From positions 1 to 59,817 of IMG/VR virus record IMGVR_UViG_3300005805_009709: DNA of 59,817 bases; one strand, written 5' to 3'. The stretch's first letter is position 1. Each line of letters starts with the position of its first letter. The notes below the pieces were generated by a model, which worked only from the letters and a program-made list of their open reading frames with translations, did no database searches and was not told where the DNA came from. Position numbers and translations under genes: made by a program. Origin of the DNA: a virus (taxonomy: Duplodnaviria > Caudoviricetes). This document shows, one piece after another, positions 1 to 9,711 of the stretch.

Positions 1-21
1 GGTAATTATTAGATTTAATTT

Positions 22-79
22 AAGAAATTAAGAATTAATTTAAAATTAACTTAAATCAAGTTAAAAGAAATTAAGAATT
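22..79. repeat. 15-bp direct repeat AAGAAATTAAGAATT (22-36 and 65-79) in a very AT-rich intergenic tract
   Basis: Exact copies read directly; positions 1-90 are almost all A/T. Confidence 0.7.
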
Positions 80-103
80 TTAGAAATTGGAGTGTGAGAA
101 TTT

Positions 104-2059
104 ATGGAAAGTTTCAATTTGAAAAATGAAATCTTTGGCGCAGGCCCGCTGGTTCTAGACCCAACAGCCCAAATCATCTTTGTTGCCGATCTTTTTGTTG
201 ATGAATATGTCGGCGGGGCCGAGTTGACCTCGGAAGCCATTATCTCAGAATCTCCATTCAAAGTGATGAAACTAAAATCCAACCAAGTGACGATGGAGCT
301 GCTGCAACAAGGAGTCGGGAAATATTGGATCTTTGGAAACTTTGCTGCATTAAATCCGCAATTAATCCCCAGCATCGTGGGGAACCTGAAATACTCCGTC
401 CTCGAATATGATTACAAGTACTGTCGTTATCGTTCTCCAGAAAAACATGAAGCAACCACAAAGACACCATGCGATTGCCACAACCAGATGAACGGTAAAC
501 TAATCTCTGCTTTTTACCATGGTGCGGATTCCATGTGGTGGATGTCAGAAGGGCAAAAGAAGCATTACACAGACCTGTTCCCGTTTTTATCTGAAAAATC
601 CAGCATTGTCTTATCAAGTGTATTTTCAAAGAATACTCTAGGGACAATTAAAGCCCTCAGAGAAGGCATCAAGAACTCAGGTGAGGACCGTAAAGGATGG
701 ATTGTCCTTGGCAGTGAGTCATGGGTCAAAGGTTTCGACGACGCCAAGAAATGGTGCGAAGAAAACAACAAAGAAACTGAAGTGTTATGGAATGTTCCTT
801 ATGAGACCACTTTAGCAAAACTAGCAGTCTCAAAAGGCTTTGTGTATCTTCCTAAAGGAAAAGACACCTGTCCTCGCATGGTGATCGAGGCAAAGCTTCT
901 TGGATGCGAACTTCACCTCAATGATAATGTTCAACATAAAGATGAAGAGTGGTTCGTCACTGATAACCTCGAATCGATTGAAGAATACCTGTACTCTGCT
1001 CCAATTCTTTTTTGGAATGGAATACGAGCAGCTATGGACTACAGACCAACCATCAGTGGTTACACTACAACATACAACTGTGTAAAGCAGAACTATCCAT
1101 TCATGGAGTCAATCAAATCTATGCTTGGATTTTGTGATGAAGTCTGTATCGTCGATGGTGGTTCGACAGATGGTACGATGGAAGCTCTTAAAGAACTAGC
1201 TGATAAAGACTCTAGAGTAAAAATCAAATTAATCGAAAGAGATTGGACCCATCCAAGGTTCGCAATATTCGATGGCGCACAAAAGGCTGAGGCACGCTCC
1301 ATGTGCATAGGTGACTTCTTGTGGCAGATGGACAGTGACGAAATTGTCCACGAAAATGATTATCAAAAGATAACAGACCTTACAAAGAAATTCCCCAAAG
1401 GCGTAGATCTTCTCGCCTTACCTGTGATTGAGTATTGGGGTTCTTCTGAAAAAGTTCGTGCCGACATCAATCCATGGAAGTGGAGGCTGAGTCGAAATAA
1501 CAAGAACATCACGCATGGTATTCCAAAGCAGCACCGTAGAATCGATGAAGAAGGCCGGCTATATTCTGCTGGTTCTGATGGATGCGATTACATCTTTGCT
1601 GACAGCTTTGAGCCTGTTCCATTTATTTCTTTTTATACTAAAGAAGTCGACACGGCAAGACAGCACGCACTCAATGGAAATAAAGATGCGCTAGCAGCAT
1701 ACGAAAATTGGCTAAATAATGCGACGGCAGGTCTACCTGGAGTCCACCATTACTCTTGGTATGACATCGAGAGAAAGATCCACACATACAAGAACTACTG
1801 GTCGAAGCATTGGACCGCACTCTTCAACCAAGTCCAAGACGACACTGCGGAGAACAACAAGTTCTTCGGACGTCCCTGGTCAGAGGTGACGGATGAAGAT
1901 ATCAAGGACCTTGCGACAAAGATGAAGAACGAACTTGGTGGATGGATCTTCCATTCCCTTGTCGACTTCTCTCGTCCGACCCCCTGGGTAAAACTCCAAG
2001 CCGGTAGCCCGACGATCATGAACGATTGGACCAGCAAAGTAGAGAACAAGGACCGATGA
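104..2059 (+). CDS. Two-domain glycosyltransferase (GT-B/GT4-like N-terminal domain fused to a GT2 domain)
   Basis: GGAE start motif and FVYLP..DTCPRMVIEAKLLGC (GT4-like); then IVDGGSTDGT and WQMDSDE (GT2 DxD); GGAG upstream. Confidence 0.8.
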   Translation: MESFNLKNEIFGAGPLVLDPTAQIIFVADLFVDEYVGGAELTSEAIISESPFKVMKLKSNQVTMELLQQGVGKYWIFGNFAALNPQLIPSIVGNLKYSVLEYDYKYCRYRSPEKHEATTKTPCDCHNQMNGKLISAFYHGADSMWWMSEGQKKHYTDLFPFLSEKSSIVLSSVFSKNTLGTIKALREGIKNSGEDRKGWIVLGSESWVKGFDDAKKWCEENNKETEVLWNVPYETTLAKLAVSKGFVYLPKGKDTCPRMVIEAKLLGCELHLNDNVQHKDEEWFVTDNLESIEEYLYSAPILFWNGIRAAMDYRPTISGYTTTYNCVKQNYPFMESIKSMLGFCDEVCIVDGGSTDGTMEALKELADKDSRVKIKLIERDWTHPRFAIFDGAQKAEARSMCIGDFLWQMDSDEIVHENDYQKITDLTKKFPKGVDLLALPVIEYWGSSEKVRADINPWKWRLSRNNKNITHGIPKQHRRIDEEGRLYSAGSDGCDYIFADSFEPVPFISFYTKEVDTARQHALNGNKDALAAYENWLNNATAGLPGVHHYSWYDIERKIHTYKNYWSKHWTALFNQVQDDTAENNKFFGRPWSEVTDEDIKDLATKMKNELGGWIFHSLVDFSRPTPWVKLQAGSPTIMNDWTSKVENKDR

Positions 2060-2793
2060 AGAATCGTTTCGTCTTTGTCACTCCGTACTACAATGCGGAA
2101 GAAGATATCGCGAAGACACTCCATTCGATGATGGCCCAGAGCTATGACGATTGGAGGGCGATACTCATCAATGACATGTCCACGGATCGAGGCCCAGATA
2201 TTGTCAAGAAAATAGTCGATGGTTCCATCCACCGAGATAAGTTCACATTAGTAGACAGGACTGAGAAACACGGCGAGGTACGTAACACTCTAGTCTCACT
2301 TGAGTCTATCGAAGATGACGAGGTTGTATGTCGCCTCGACGGTGGAGACTGGTTATTAGAAAACGACCTCTTATGGATCATGAATGAAACATACAAAGAT
2401 CCGACTCAGGCAGTCGCTTGGACCGCGCATCGTTGGAGTTATACTCCACGAAATATTTCAGGACCTCTCAACCTACAACCCGGTCAAACTGTTTACCAAC
2501 ACCCTTGGGTATCAAGTCATCTCAAGACTTTTAGAGCAGGTCAATTACGAAAAGTTCCAAAAGCGAACTTCTTTGCCGATGATGGTCAGTATATCATGAT
2601 TGCGTGCGATCAGGCGATATTTTTACCGATGATGCATCTATCTCATCTCGAAGGAAAGAAGTTGAATTTTGTTCCAGTTGTTGGTTACCACTACAATATC
2701 GATTTGAGCGATAAAAATCTTTTTACGTCACAGCGGTCCATCAATCAAAAGGTATCAGCTGAGACGATACGCGAAAGAGGATTCTTAGAGTGA
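2056..2793 (+). CDS. Glycosyltransferase family 2
   Basis: FVTPYYNAE, INDMSTD, RLDGGDWL; ATGA overlap with the upstream stop. Confidence 0.85.
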   Translation: MKNRFVFVTPYYNAEEDIAKTLHSMMAQSYDDWRAILINDMSTDRGPDIVKKIVDGSIHRDKFTLVDRTEKHGEVRNTLVSLESIEDDEVVCRLDGGDWLLENDLLWIMNETYKDPTQAVAWTAHRWSYTPRNISGPLNLQPGQTVYQHPWVSSHLKTFRAGQLRKVPKANFFADDGQYIMIACDQAIFLPMMHLSHLEGKKLNFVPVVGYHYNIDLSDKNLFTSQRSINQKVSAETIRERGFLE

Positions 2794-3683
2794 AGATCCT
2801 ATTAGACAACGTCAACATCAATTCTTCTTCAGGTCCAAATTCTTTTGGTAAACGTCTAGTTTTAGAGCTCCAAAAAAAAGGACATGAATTATCAGCGCGC
2901 GAAGAAAAACCCGATGTTCAACTCTCTTTTATTATGACGCAACACAAAAGAGCCAACCTGGCGCTCCGGTTGGATGGAATTTATTTCAATTCGAAACAAG
3001 ATTGGAAAAATCTAAACGCACCCATTAAAAAAACTTTTGATTTGGCAGACCTCGTTATTTACCAGTCCAGCTTCAATAAAACTTTGTCTGAAACATACTT
3101 TGGCGCAGCAAAAAAATCAGTGATAATCAATAATGGAACTTGCTTGGACTCCGTCGCCAAAATTGATTCTATGAAGCATGAATTTCTCGATAAATTTTCT
3201 GAAATCTGGTGCTGCGCTTCATCTTGGCGTCCGCATAAGAGATTAAAAGACAATATCAACTATTTTTTAGAAGTTGCTCCTGAAAGCGCTTGTTTAGTTG
3301 TTGCAGGAGAAAATCCTGACTATAGAATACAACACCCAAGAATTCTTTTTGCAGGTCAGCTATCATGGGAACAATGCATTGCACTTTATAAGCGCTCAAA
3401 AGTTTTTATTCATCTAGCATTTTTAGATCATTGTCCAAACGTGGTTGTTGATGCCCGAGCAGCGGGATGCGAATTAATCGTTGCTTCAAGTGGAGGAACA
3501 AAAGAAATAGCAGGAATCAATGCGACAATAGTTGAAGATTTAAATTGGGATATGCGTCCATTGGATCTCTATTCGCCTCCGCCATTGAATTTTTCTAACA
3601 CGCGAAAGAATGAGATTGACAGCACAATCGATATTGTCGACATAAGTCAAAGATACATTGAAGCGCTAGAATCTATTTTATGA
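2790..3683 (+). CDS. Glycosyltransferase family 4
   Basis: SGPNSF, WRPHKR, DHCPNVVVDARAAGC..SSGGTKEI. Confidence 0.8.
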   Translation: MKILLDNVNINSSSGPNSFGKRLVLELQKKGHELSAREEKPDVQLSFIMTQHKRANLALRLDGIYFNSKQDWKNLNAPIKKTFDLADLVIYQSSFNKTLSETYFGAAKKSVIINNGTCLDSVAKIDSMKHEFLDKFSEIWCCASSWRPHKRLKDNINYFLEVAPESACLVVAGENPDYRIQHPRILFAGQLSWEQCIALYKRSKVFIHLAFLDHCPNVVVDARAAGCELIVASSGGTKEIAGINATIVEDLNWDMRPLDLYSPPPLNFSNTRKNEIDSTIDIVDISQRYIEALESIL

Positions 3684-4618
3684 AAGTTTTAATCACCGGT
3701 GGCGCAGGGTTCATAGGAGGAACTGCTGTAAGACATTTTGTCGACGTAGGAGATCAAGTTCTTAATATTGATAAGCTGACTTATGCAGGTAAAGAAGAAA
3801 ACACGACAGTCTCTCCATTTATTAAATTAGACATTTGTGAAACTAAAAAAGTTTTAAACATAGTAGAAGAATATAAACCTGATTTTATAGTTCACTTTGC
3901 AGCGGAAACCCATGTAGACAAGTCCATAGCTAATTGCTCGGATTTTATTCGCACCAATGTCGAAGGAACAGCGTCAATTCTTGATGCATGTAGAAAAACA
4001 AGAACAAAACTTTGTCATATTTCGACGGACGAAGTTTACGGACCCGTGACCACAAAACCATTCACTGAAGACGATCGTTTAAATCCAACAAATCCATATT
4101 CTTCTACAAAAGCCGCAGCTGATATGCTGGTTCAATCTTATAGAAACACTTATGGGATAGATTACATTATCGTCCGGCCGTCTAACAATTACGGACCAAG
4201 ACAGCATGAAGAAAAGTTCATACCAAAACTTTTAGATTGCATTAAAAACAAAAAAGAATTTCCTCTTTATGGAGCTGGTGACCAAGAAAGAGAGTGGACA
4301 TATGTAAAAGACACAGTGAAAAGAATTAGAAGTCTTTTAATTTGCCATAAAACAGAGTGGAACTCAATCTATAATCTTGGTTCTGGAATAACTAAGACGA
4401 ACGTCAATTCGGCACAGTGCGTTATTTCTTTGTATAATGAAGTGTATGATTCTAATATCTCATTAAATGAAGTAGTAAGAACTACCACAGACCGCCCCGG
4501 CCATGATAAAAAATATTGGATTTCTTCTGAAAAGATCAACAACATGCTTGGAAGTAACTACACAAAGTTTGATGCAGGTGTTAGAGAAATCTTGAGGACT
4601 TATGAAAAACATTCATGA
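3680..4618 (+). CDS. rfbB: dTDP-glucose 4,6-dehydratase
   Basis: TGGAGFIG, DKLTYAG, HFAAETHVDKSI, STDEVYG, PYSSTK, NNYGPRQH, DRPGHD. Confidence 0.9.
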   Translation: MKVLITGGAGFIGGTAVRHFVDVGDQVLNIDKLTYAGKEENTTVSPFIKLDICETKKVLNIVEEYKPDFIVHFAAETHVDKSIANCSDFIRTNVEGTASILDACRKTRTKLCHISTDEVYGPVTTKPFTEDDRLNPTNPYSSTKAAADMLVQSYRNTYGIDYIIVRPSNNYGPRQHEEKFIPKLLDCIKNKKEFPLYGAGDQEREWTYVKDTVKRIRSLLICHKTEWNSIYNLGSGITKTNVNSAQCVISLYNEVYDSNISLNEVVRTTTDRPGHDKKYWISSEKINNMLGSNYTKFDAGVREILRTYEKHS

Positions 4619-4958
4619 TTCAGTTAGTAAATTATTGACCACAAAGCTTGAAAAATACAAGAATGAAAAACTTAATACAGCAACTTGTGTCGCGATCTAT
4701 CAAGACATTTTTGAGACTTTTGTCGATGTTTTTCAAGAGTCAAAGATTGAAATAAGCAATGAGGCAATGAACATGATTTGCCAAATGTACTATGACGCAG
4801 TAGCAATCAACGGGAATCAAGAATTGGATCCAAACATCTTTTCCCAAAGAGCTAGTGTTAAAAACATAGAAACAAAAGAGCTAGCAATGCTTGGAAGTCT
4901 TTTTTCTAATACTCCATTTGCTCCACCTTTTATTTTTGAAGTAAAAAGAAGATCATAA
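4602..4958 (+). CDS. Hypothetical protein
   Basis: 118-aa ORF tightly packed between neighbours; no motif recognised. Confidence 0.6.
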   Translation: MKNIHDSVSKLLTTKLEKYKNEKLNTATCVAIYQDIFETFVDVFQESKIEISNEAMNMICQMYYDAVAINGNQELDPNIFSQRASVKNIETKELAMLGSLFSNTPFAPPFIFEVKRRS

Positions 4959-5290
4959 TGAAAAGAGTAGAAAAAGGTTGGGGTTATGAGCTATGGATTC
5001 ACAATGACGAAAAGTATTGTGGAAAACTTCTCTTTTTTAAAGCAGGAAAAAAGTGTAGTTTACACTTTCATAAGTTAAAGCATGAAACTTTTTACGTACA
5101 ATCAGGTAAGCTGAAGTGTACTTTTATAGATGGAGATGAGGTAGAACGCACGACCTTATCTGTCGGTGATACAAAAGAAATCTATCCAGGGTTGATTCAC
5201 CAAATGGAGGCTCTTGAAGACACTACGATGTTTGAATTTTCAACTCAACACTTTGATGAAGATAGCTATCGAATAGAAAAAGGTGATTAA
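4958..5290 (+). CDS. Cupin-domain sugar isomerase-like protein
   Basis: KGWGYE, SLHFHKLKHETFYV, later H: cupin metal motif. Confidence 0.8.
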   Translation: MKRVEKGWGYELWIHNDEKYCGKLLFFKAGKKCSLHFHKLKHETFYVQSGKLKCTFIDGDEVERTTLSVGDTKEIYPGLIHQMEALEDTTMFEFSTQHFDEDSYRIEKGD

Positions 5291-6120
5291 TGGGTCTTGG
5301 TGGACACTTAACATGGACTGCAGTCGCCGAAGAGATAAAAAAGAGAGTTGGCGATATAAAATTCATACCAGTAGAACAACACGGAAATTTATTGAAGTTT
5401 GTTGATAGCGAAATATTCAAACATAACAAAAACTTCTTGAGTGCGTTCCAACCAGCGGATTCAGCATTTCCCTTAATTCTTAACAACCCAGCTGCAAATT
5501 ATTGTAAAAAAGACACGCAAGAAAAAGCCTACCATAGAACAGACGCACACATAATAGAACAGTGCTGCGAAGTTTATGGAATAAAAAATCCAGCTTTAAG
5601 ATGTTATCTCAATTTCACAAATCAAGAAAATGCCGAAATCCAAAATATCATTGATTTGAATATTGGTCAAAAAGATTTCATAACGATTGAGCCATACTCA
5701 AAAGATAACTACACAGTAAATCGTGTGTACAGCTTTGAAAAATGGCAAGCCATCGTTGATGAGTTGAGCAAAGATTTTTTGTTTGTTCAAGTCGGCAACG
5801 CAGGAAAAACTTTAAAAAACACAATAGACCTAACTGGAAAAACTTCTTTTCTGCAGGCTGTCGGTATTATCGGTAAGTCAAGGCTTTTTATGAGTGCAGA
5901 AGGTGGCCTGGTTCACGCTGCGACAGCTGTAGACACGAAAAGTTTAGTCATAATAACTGGTTATCAATCTGAAAAGATGGTCGCATATCCGCAAAATATA
6001 AATGTGAATATTTCTAATCACGGCCCCTGCGGTTTGAAGAAACTATGTTTTGATTGTCAACTTGATGTTGAAAAGCATGATTGGAAAGACATTGTAAAAA
6101 AAGTGAGAGAGAATCTATGA
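5290..6120 (+). CDS. Glycosyltransferase family 9 (heptosyltransferase-like)
   Basis: MGLGG start, DLTGKTS, EGGLVHAATA, C-terminal PC..C..C. Confidence 0.75.
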   Translation: MGLGGHLTWTAVAEEIKKRVGDIKFIPVEQHGNLLKFVDSEIFKHNKNFLSAFQPADSAFPLILNNPAANYCKKDTQEKAYHRTDAHIIEQCCEVYGIKNPALRCYLNFTNQENAEIQNIIDLNIGQKDFITIEPYSKDNYTVNRVYSFEKWQAIVDELSKDFLFVQVGNAGKTLKNTIDLTGKTSFLQAVGIIGKSRLFMSAEGGLVHAATAVDTKSLVIITGYQSEKMVAYPQNINVNISNHGPCGLKKLCFDCQLDVEKHDWKDIVKKVRENL

Positions 6121-6536
6121 CACCAGTTGTATTCACCAACGGATGTTTTGACATCCTCCACGTTGGTCACATCAATTTATTAAGAGAGTGTAGAAAACTT
6201 GCAGGTAATACTGGAAAAGTTATTGTAGGCTTGAATAGCGATTCAAGTGTAAAAAAGTTGAAAGGTCCAAACCGGCCGGTAAATAATGAAAAATCTAGAA
6301 AATTTATTTTGGAATCGCTTAAATACGTCGATGAAGTAATCATCTTTGAAGAAGACGATCCAGAAGCCCTACTATCAAAATTAAAACCTGACTTTCTTGT
6401 AAAAGGAGGAGATTACACAGTCGAACAAATAATTGGAAAACAATACGCTAAAAAAGTTGTAGTATTTCCGTATGTCGATGGACACTCCACAACAAGCACA
6501 ATTGAAAAATTCTCAAAAAGTATTAGTCATCGGTGA
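6117..6536 (+). CDS. D-glycero-D-manno-heptose 1-phosphate adenylyltransferase (RfaE/HldE domain II, HldC-like)
   Basis: FTNGCFDILHVGH, GLNSDSSVKKLKGPNRP, VKGGDY, STT; ATGA overlap. Confidence 0.9.
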   Translation: MTPVVFTNGCFDILHVGHINLLRECRKLAGNTGKVIVGLNSDSSVKKLKGPNRPVNNEKSRKFILESLKYVDEVIIFEEDDPEALLSKLKPDFLVKGGDYTVEQIIGKQYAKKVVVFPYVDGHSTTSTIEKFSKSISHR

Positions 6537-7263
6537 TAGTTGCGAAGATGTATACCATTATGGGACATGCGAAAGATTAAGTCCTGAAGCTCCCATTCCT
6601 GTTCTAAACTTGAAAAGAACAGAATCAAGACCTGGTATGTGTTTAAACGTCGCTAAAAATCTTGAAGGTTTAGGATTAAACGTCGATGTTATTACACAAA
6701 AACAGAAGATTAAAAAACATCGATATGTTGAAGAAAAGCGATTAGTTCATTTACTGAGAGTTGATGACGAAAGAAATGAGCTTGATCAAATTAATGTGAG
6801 CGATATAATCAGGCTTTTAGAAATTAATGATTATGATGCGATTGTAATATCTGATTATGATAAAGGATTTCTGCCATTTTCTTCCTGCTCCGAGTTGATC
6901 AAGCTTATTCGAAAGCTACCTGTCTTTGTAGATAGCAAAAAGAAAGACTTATCTTGTTTTGAAAATTGTGTCATCAAAATTAATAAACAAGAAAAAGAAA
7001 GTGTGAAACAGCTTCCACAATATGCTGAGTTAATCGTGACGCTAGGCGAAAATGGTGCGATATGGAGAGGATCAAATTACCCGACTAGCAAATCAGAGCT
7101 TCATGATGTCTGTGGCGCAGGAGATACATTTTTAGCTGGACTCACATTTGAGTATCTTCAATCGTACGACTTACAAAAAGCAATCACTTTTGCAAACCGC
7201 TGTGCAAGTATATCAATTAATCATTTTGGAACATTCGTGCTTGATAAAAAAGATGTCCTCTAA
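6502..7263 (+). CDS. Heptose 7-phosphate kinase (RfaE/HldE domain I, HldA-like, PfkB family)
   Basis: VLVIGD, RLSPEAPIPV, ISDYDKG, DVCGAGDTF; start uncertain (TTG 6502 or upstream ATG). Confidence 0.85.
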   Translation: MKNSQKVLVIGDSCEDVYHYGTCERLSPEAPIPVLNLKRTESRPGMCLNVAKNLEGLGLNVDVITQKQKIKKHRYVEEKRLVHLLRVDDERNELDQINVSDIIRLLEINDYDAIVISDYDKGFLPFSSCSELIKLIRKLPVFVDSKKKDLSCFENCVIKINKQEKESVKQLPQYAELIVTLGENGAIWRGSNYPTSKSELHDVCGAGDTFLAGLTFEYLQSYDLQKAITFANRCASISINHFGTFVLDKKDVL

Positions 7264-7322
7264 ATTTTACCCGTAGAACAATTAAGAATTATTGAATATT
7301 AATAACTGGAAAAGAGAAAAAC

Positions 7323-8024
7323 ATGCGTAAAACAAACATCAAAGATAAATTACAAGAGCTCGACTACCCAGTAGAAAATTTATCATTAGGCGACTTTGAC
7401 GCGATCGGAGAATTTACGGCAAAGAAGCATAGAGATCCTTCGAATAATCTCTACAAAAAAGTTGGTTGTTTTTATCGCCCCAATTATGAAAGAGGCTTGC
7501 TAATCTACTCTTTGATTAGAAAATACAAAATTCAATCATACCTTGAAATTGGTTTTGGTAGAGGGTATTCAGCATTTTGTGCAGCCAAGGCGATGGAAGA
7601 AGATGGAATAGCAGGAAAAATCACTACAATCGATCCCAATTTTGATAAAAATCACCTACAGAATCTTTCAAAAATTTTTCCTAAAAGCTGGTTTGAAAAA
7701 ATTGAATTCATCCAATCTAAATCTGAAGACGCTGTTCCAACTTTGAGCAACTTTGATATGATCTATATTGATGGAGATCATACTTACGACGCAGTAAAAA
7801 GAGATTGGGAGCTCTGCAAAGATAAATGGAACAAAATCGTGCTATTTGATGATTACCATCTTCCTTCTAAGGAGGAAGATAAAAATATTAGCTGCGCAAA
7901 AGTCATTGATCAAATTGAAGATTCATCAAAAGAGCTCATTATAATGGATCGTAGAATATTTTTCGATGATCGTAGAATGACCGATGAAGAAATTGATTAT
8001 GGACAGGTAATCATTACCAAATGA
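7323..8024 (+). CDS. Class I SAM-dependent methyltransferase (Methyltransf_24-like)
   Basis: LEIGFGRGYS, IYIDGDHTY, LFDDY. Confidence 0.85.
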   Translation: MRKTNIKDKLQELDYPVENLSLGDFDAIGEFTAKKHRDPSNNLYKKVGCFYRPNYERGLLIYSLIRKYKIQSYLEIGFGRGYSAFCAAKAMEEDGIAGKITTIDPNFDKNHLQNLSKIFPKSWFEKIEFIQSKSEDAVPTLSNFDMIYIDGDHTYDAVKRDWELCKDKWNKIVLFDDYHLPSKEEDKNISCAKVIDQIEDSSKELIIMDRRIFFDDRRMTDEEIDYGQVIITK

Positions 8025-8698
8025 AATCGTACGAAAATTTCTATAAAAATGGCTTTGAGATCTTTGATTTTGACGCCACGGAAATACAGGAGGCTTTGAA
8101 GGAAATATTAGAAAACCGTCTGAAGCCAGGGTTTACTCTGCAACAGAAATATTCAAGCACGATTGACCTGCGCCCCAGTGTCATAGATTATTCAATATCA
8201 TTCATAGAAGTTCTTAAAAAAAACAACATTAAGTCTTTTTTAAGAAACAGAACATTAAGAGATTTAACTCTATACCATGTGCAAGCACGGGTTGCTGACT
8301 CAGCAGTTAGCTACATGGATTGGCACAGAGATACGTACTATGACTTAGGAAATAAGATTGGAATGACTCCACCTGGATATAAAATCATTTTTTATCCAAA
8401 TTTTAGACCAATAGAAGAGCCACGCTTGAATCTTGCAGTAGGCTCTCATAGGCTTATGCTTGACAATAGAAAAGAGGATCTAAAGCTTGTAGAACGAATG
8501 CCAAAAGCAACGATTATGACGAGCAATTCAAAAGCGGTATTGTTCGATACTTCAGTGCTTCATGCGGTAATACCAGATCAGCCAAACGTGCCTTCAATAC
8601 GGTTAATTTATTCTTTTATTTCTAAAGAACAATTAGTAGACACCAACTCAGGTGAGCTTCATTCTAGAACGTCTAAACTGTATGAGGATTTAATTTGA
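8021..8698 (+). CDS. 2OG-Fe(II) dioxygenase, PhyH-like
   Basis: WHRD, GSH, LFDTSVLHA, distal R. Confidence 0.7.
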   Translation: MKSYENFYKNGFEIFDFDATEIQEALKEILENRLKPGFTLQQKYSSTIDLRPSVIDYSISFIEVLKKNNIKSFLRNRTLRDLTLYHVQARVADSAVSYMDWHRDTYYDLGNKIGMTPPGYKIIFYPNFRPIEEPRLNLAVGSHRLMLDNRKEDLKLVERMPKATIMTSNSKAVLFDTSVLHAVIPDQPNVPSIRLIYSFISKEQLVDTNSGELHSRTSKLYEDLI

Positions 8699-9711
8699 AA
8701 ATCGGCGTAATAGGCTGCGGAAAGAGATTCATAAATGTCTACTTTCAAATTATCAAGTCACTAGGGCATGAGATTTTTCTTTGGAATAGAAGCTTAAAAA
8801 AATCAACAGCATTTTGCGAAGAAACAGGATGCTTCTTAGTGAATGATTTAAAAGATTTTTTAAACGTACAACCTGATCTGTTACTGTGCTTTGTTCCTCC
8901 TGCTGCACAACTAGAAATAATAACAAAACTGCCTGACTTGAACTGCAAAATTTTATTAGAAACTCCTGCATCAGATCCAAAGATTATGTCTTTGAAGAAA
9001 GATATAGGAGTATTAGAACAGTGGCCGTATCTCCCGCTAGAACAGTTCAAAGAAATAATTTATTCTTCAAATTTGATTGATAGACCATACATGGTTTTTA
9101 ATGATGGAAGATCTTTCGATTATCATGCCATGGCCCAGCTAAGAACATATACGCGACATCCAGTACCATCTGTTTCTAAAGGAACTGTGAAAAGCTATAG
9201 AAACCCAGGCGTCTTAGATTCTAATGAAAAATTGAACAGCACACCGCACGAGTGGACAATTGGTCAACTCGATATGTCTGATGGTAGCGTTCTAATGTAC
9301 AGTTTTTCTTACAATTGCAAAAGCCTTTTAACAATACCGATTCAATTCTTAAGAGCCTATTCTTCTAATGGCGCAATAACAACGGGTAGAATGAAAGAAA
9401 TTGGAAATGATTATGAAATTATCGATATTCGCTATGTCGACCCAGAGTCACAAAAACCAATCATCTATGACGTCGTAGTAGAGAAAAATGAAAAAACAAT
9501 TCGCTCATTGAAAATTAAAGAAAAAAACATTGAATGGAAAAATCCATTTGCCCACCTTGAATTTGATGATCAGCAAACCGCAATAGCAACCATAATAGAG
9601 AATGGTATAAAAGGAATTTTTTATTCATACAAAAATGCGTATGTTGATTATATTTGTGTCAACGCAATAAAGCAATCGGGTTATACACAACAAGCCGTTA
9701 GATTCTCATGA
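8695..9711 (+). CDS. NAD(P)-dependent oxidoreductase, Gfo/Idh/MocA-like
   Basis: KIGVIGCG Rossmann motif; LLETP (variant of EKP). Confidence 0.65.
   Translation: MKIGVIGCGKRFINVYFQIIKSLGHEIFLWNRSLKKSTAFCEETGCFLVNDLKDFLNVQPDLLLCFVPPAAQLEIITKLPDLNCKILLETPASDPKIMSLKKDIGVLEQWPYLPLEQFKEIIYSSNLIDRPYMVFNDGRSFDYHAMAQLRTYTRHPVPSVSKGTVKSYRNPGVLDSNEKLNSTPHEWTIGQLDMSDGSVLMYSFSYNCKSLLTIPIQFLRAYSSNGAITTGRMKEIGNDYEIIDIRYVDPESQKPIIYDVVVEKNEKTIRSLKIKEKNIEWKNPFAHLEFDDQQTAIATIIENGIKGIFYSYKNAYVDYICVNAIKQSGYTQQAVRFS

Noticed and set aside
6472-6536. Programmed frameshift fusing HldC and HldA
   Set aside because: It would need a +1 shift with no convincing signal; independent start codons exist
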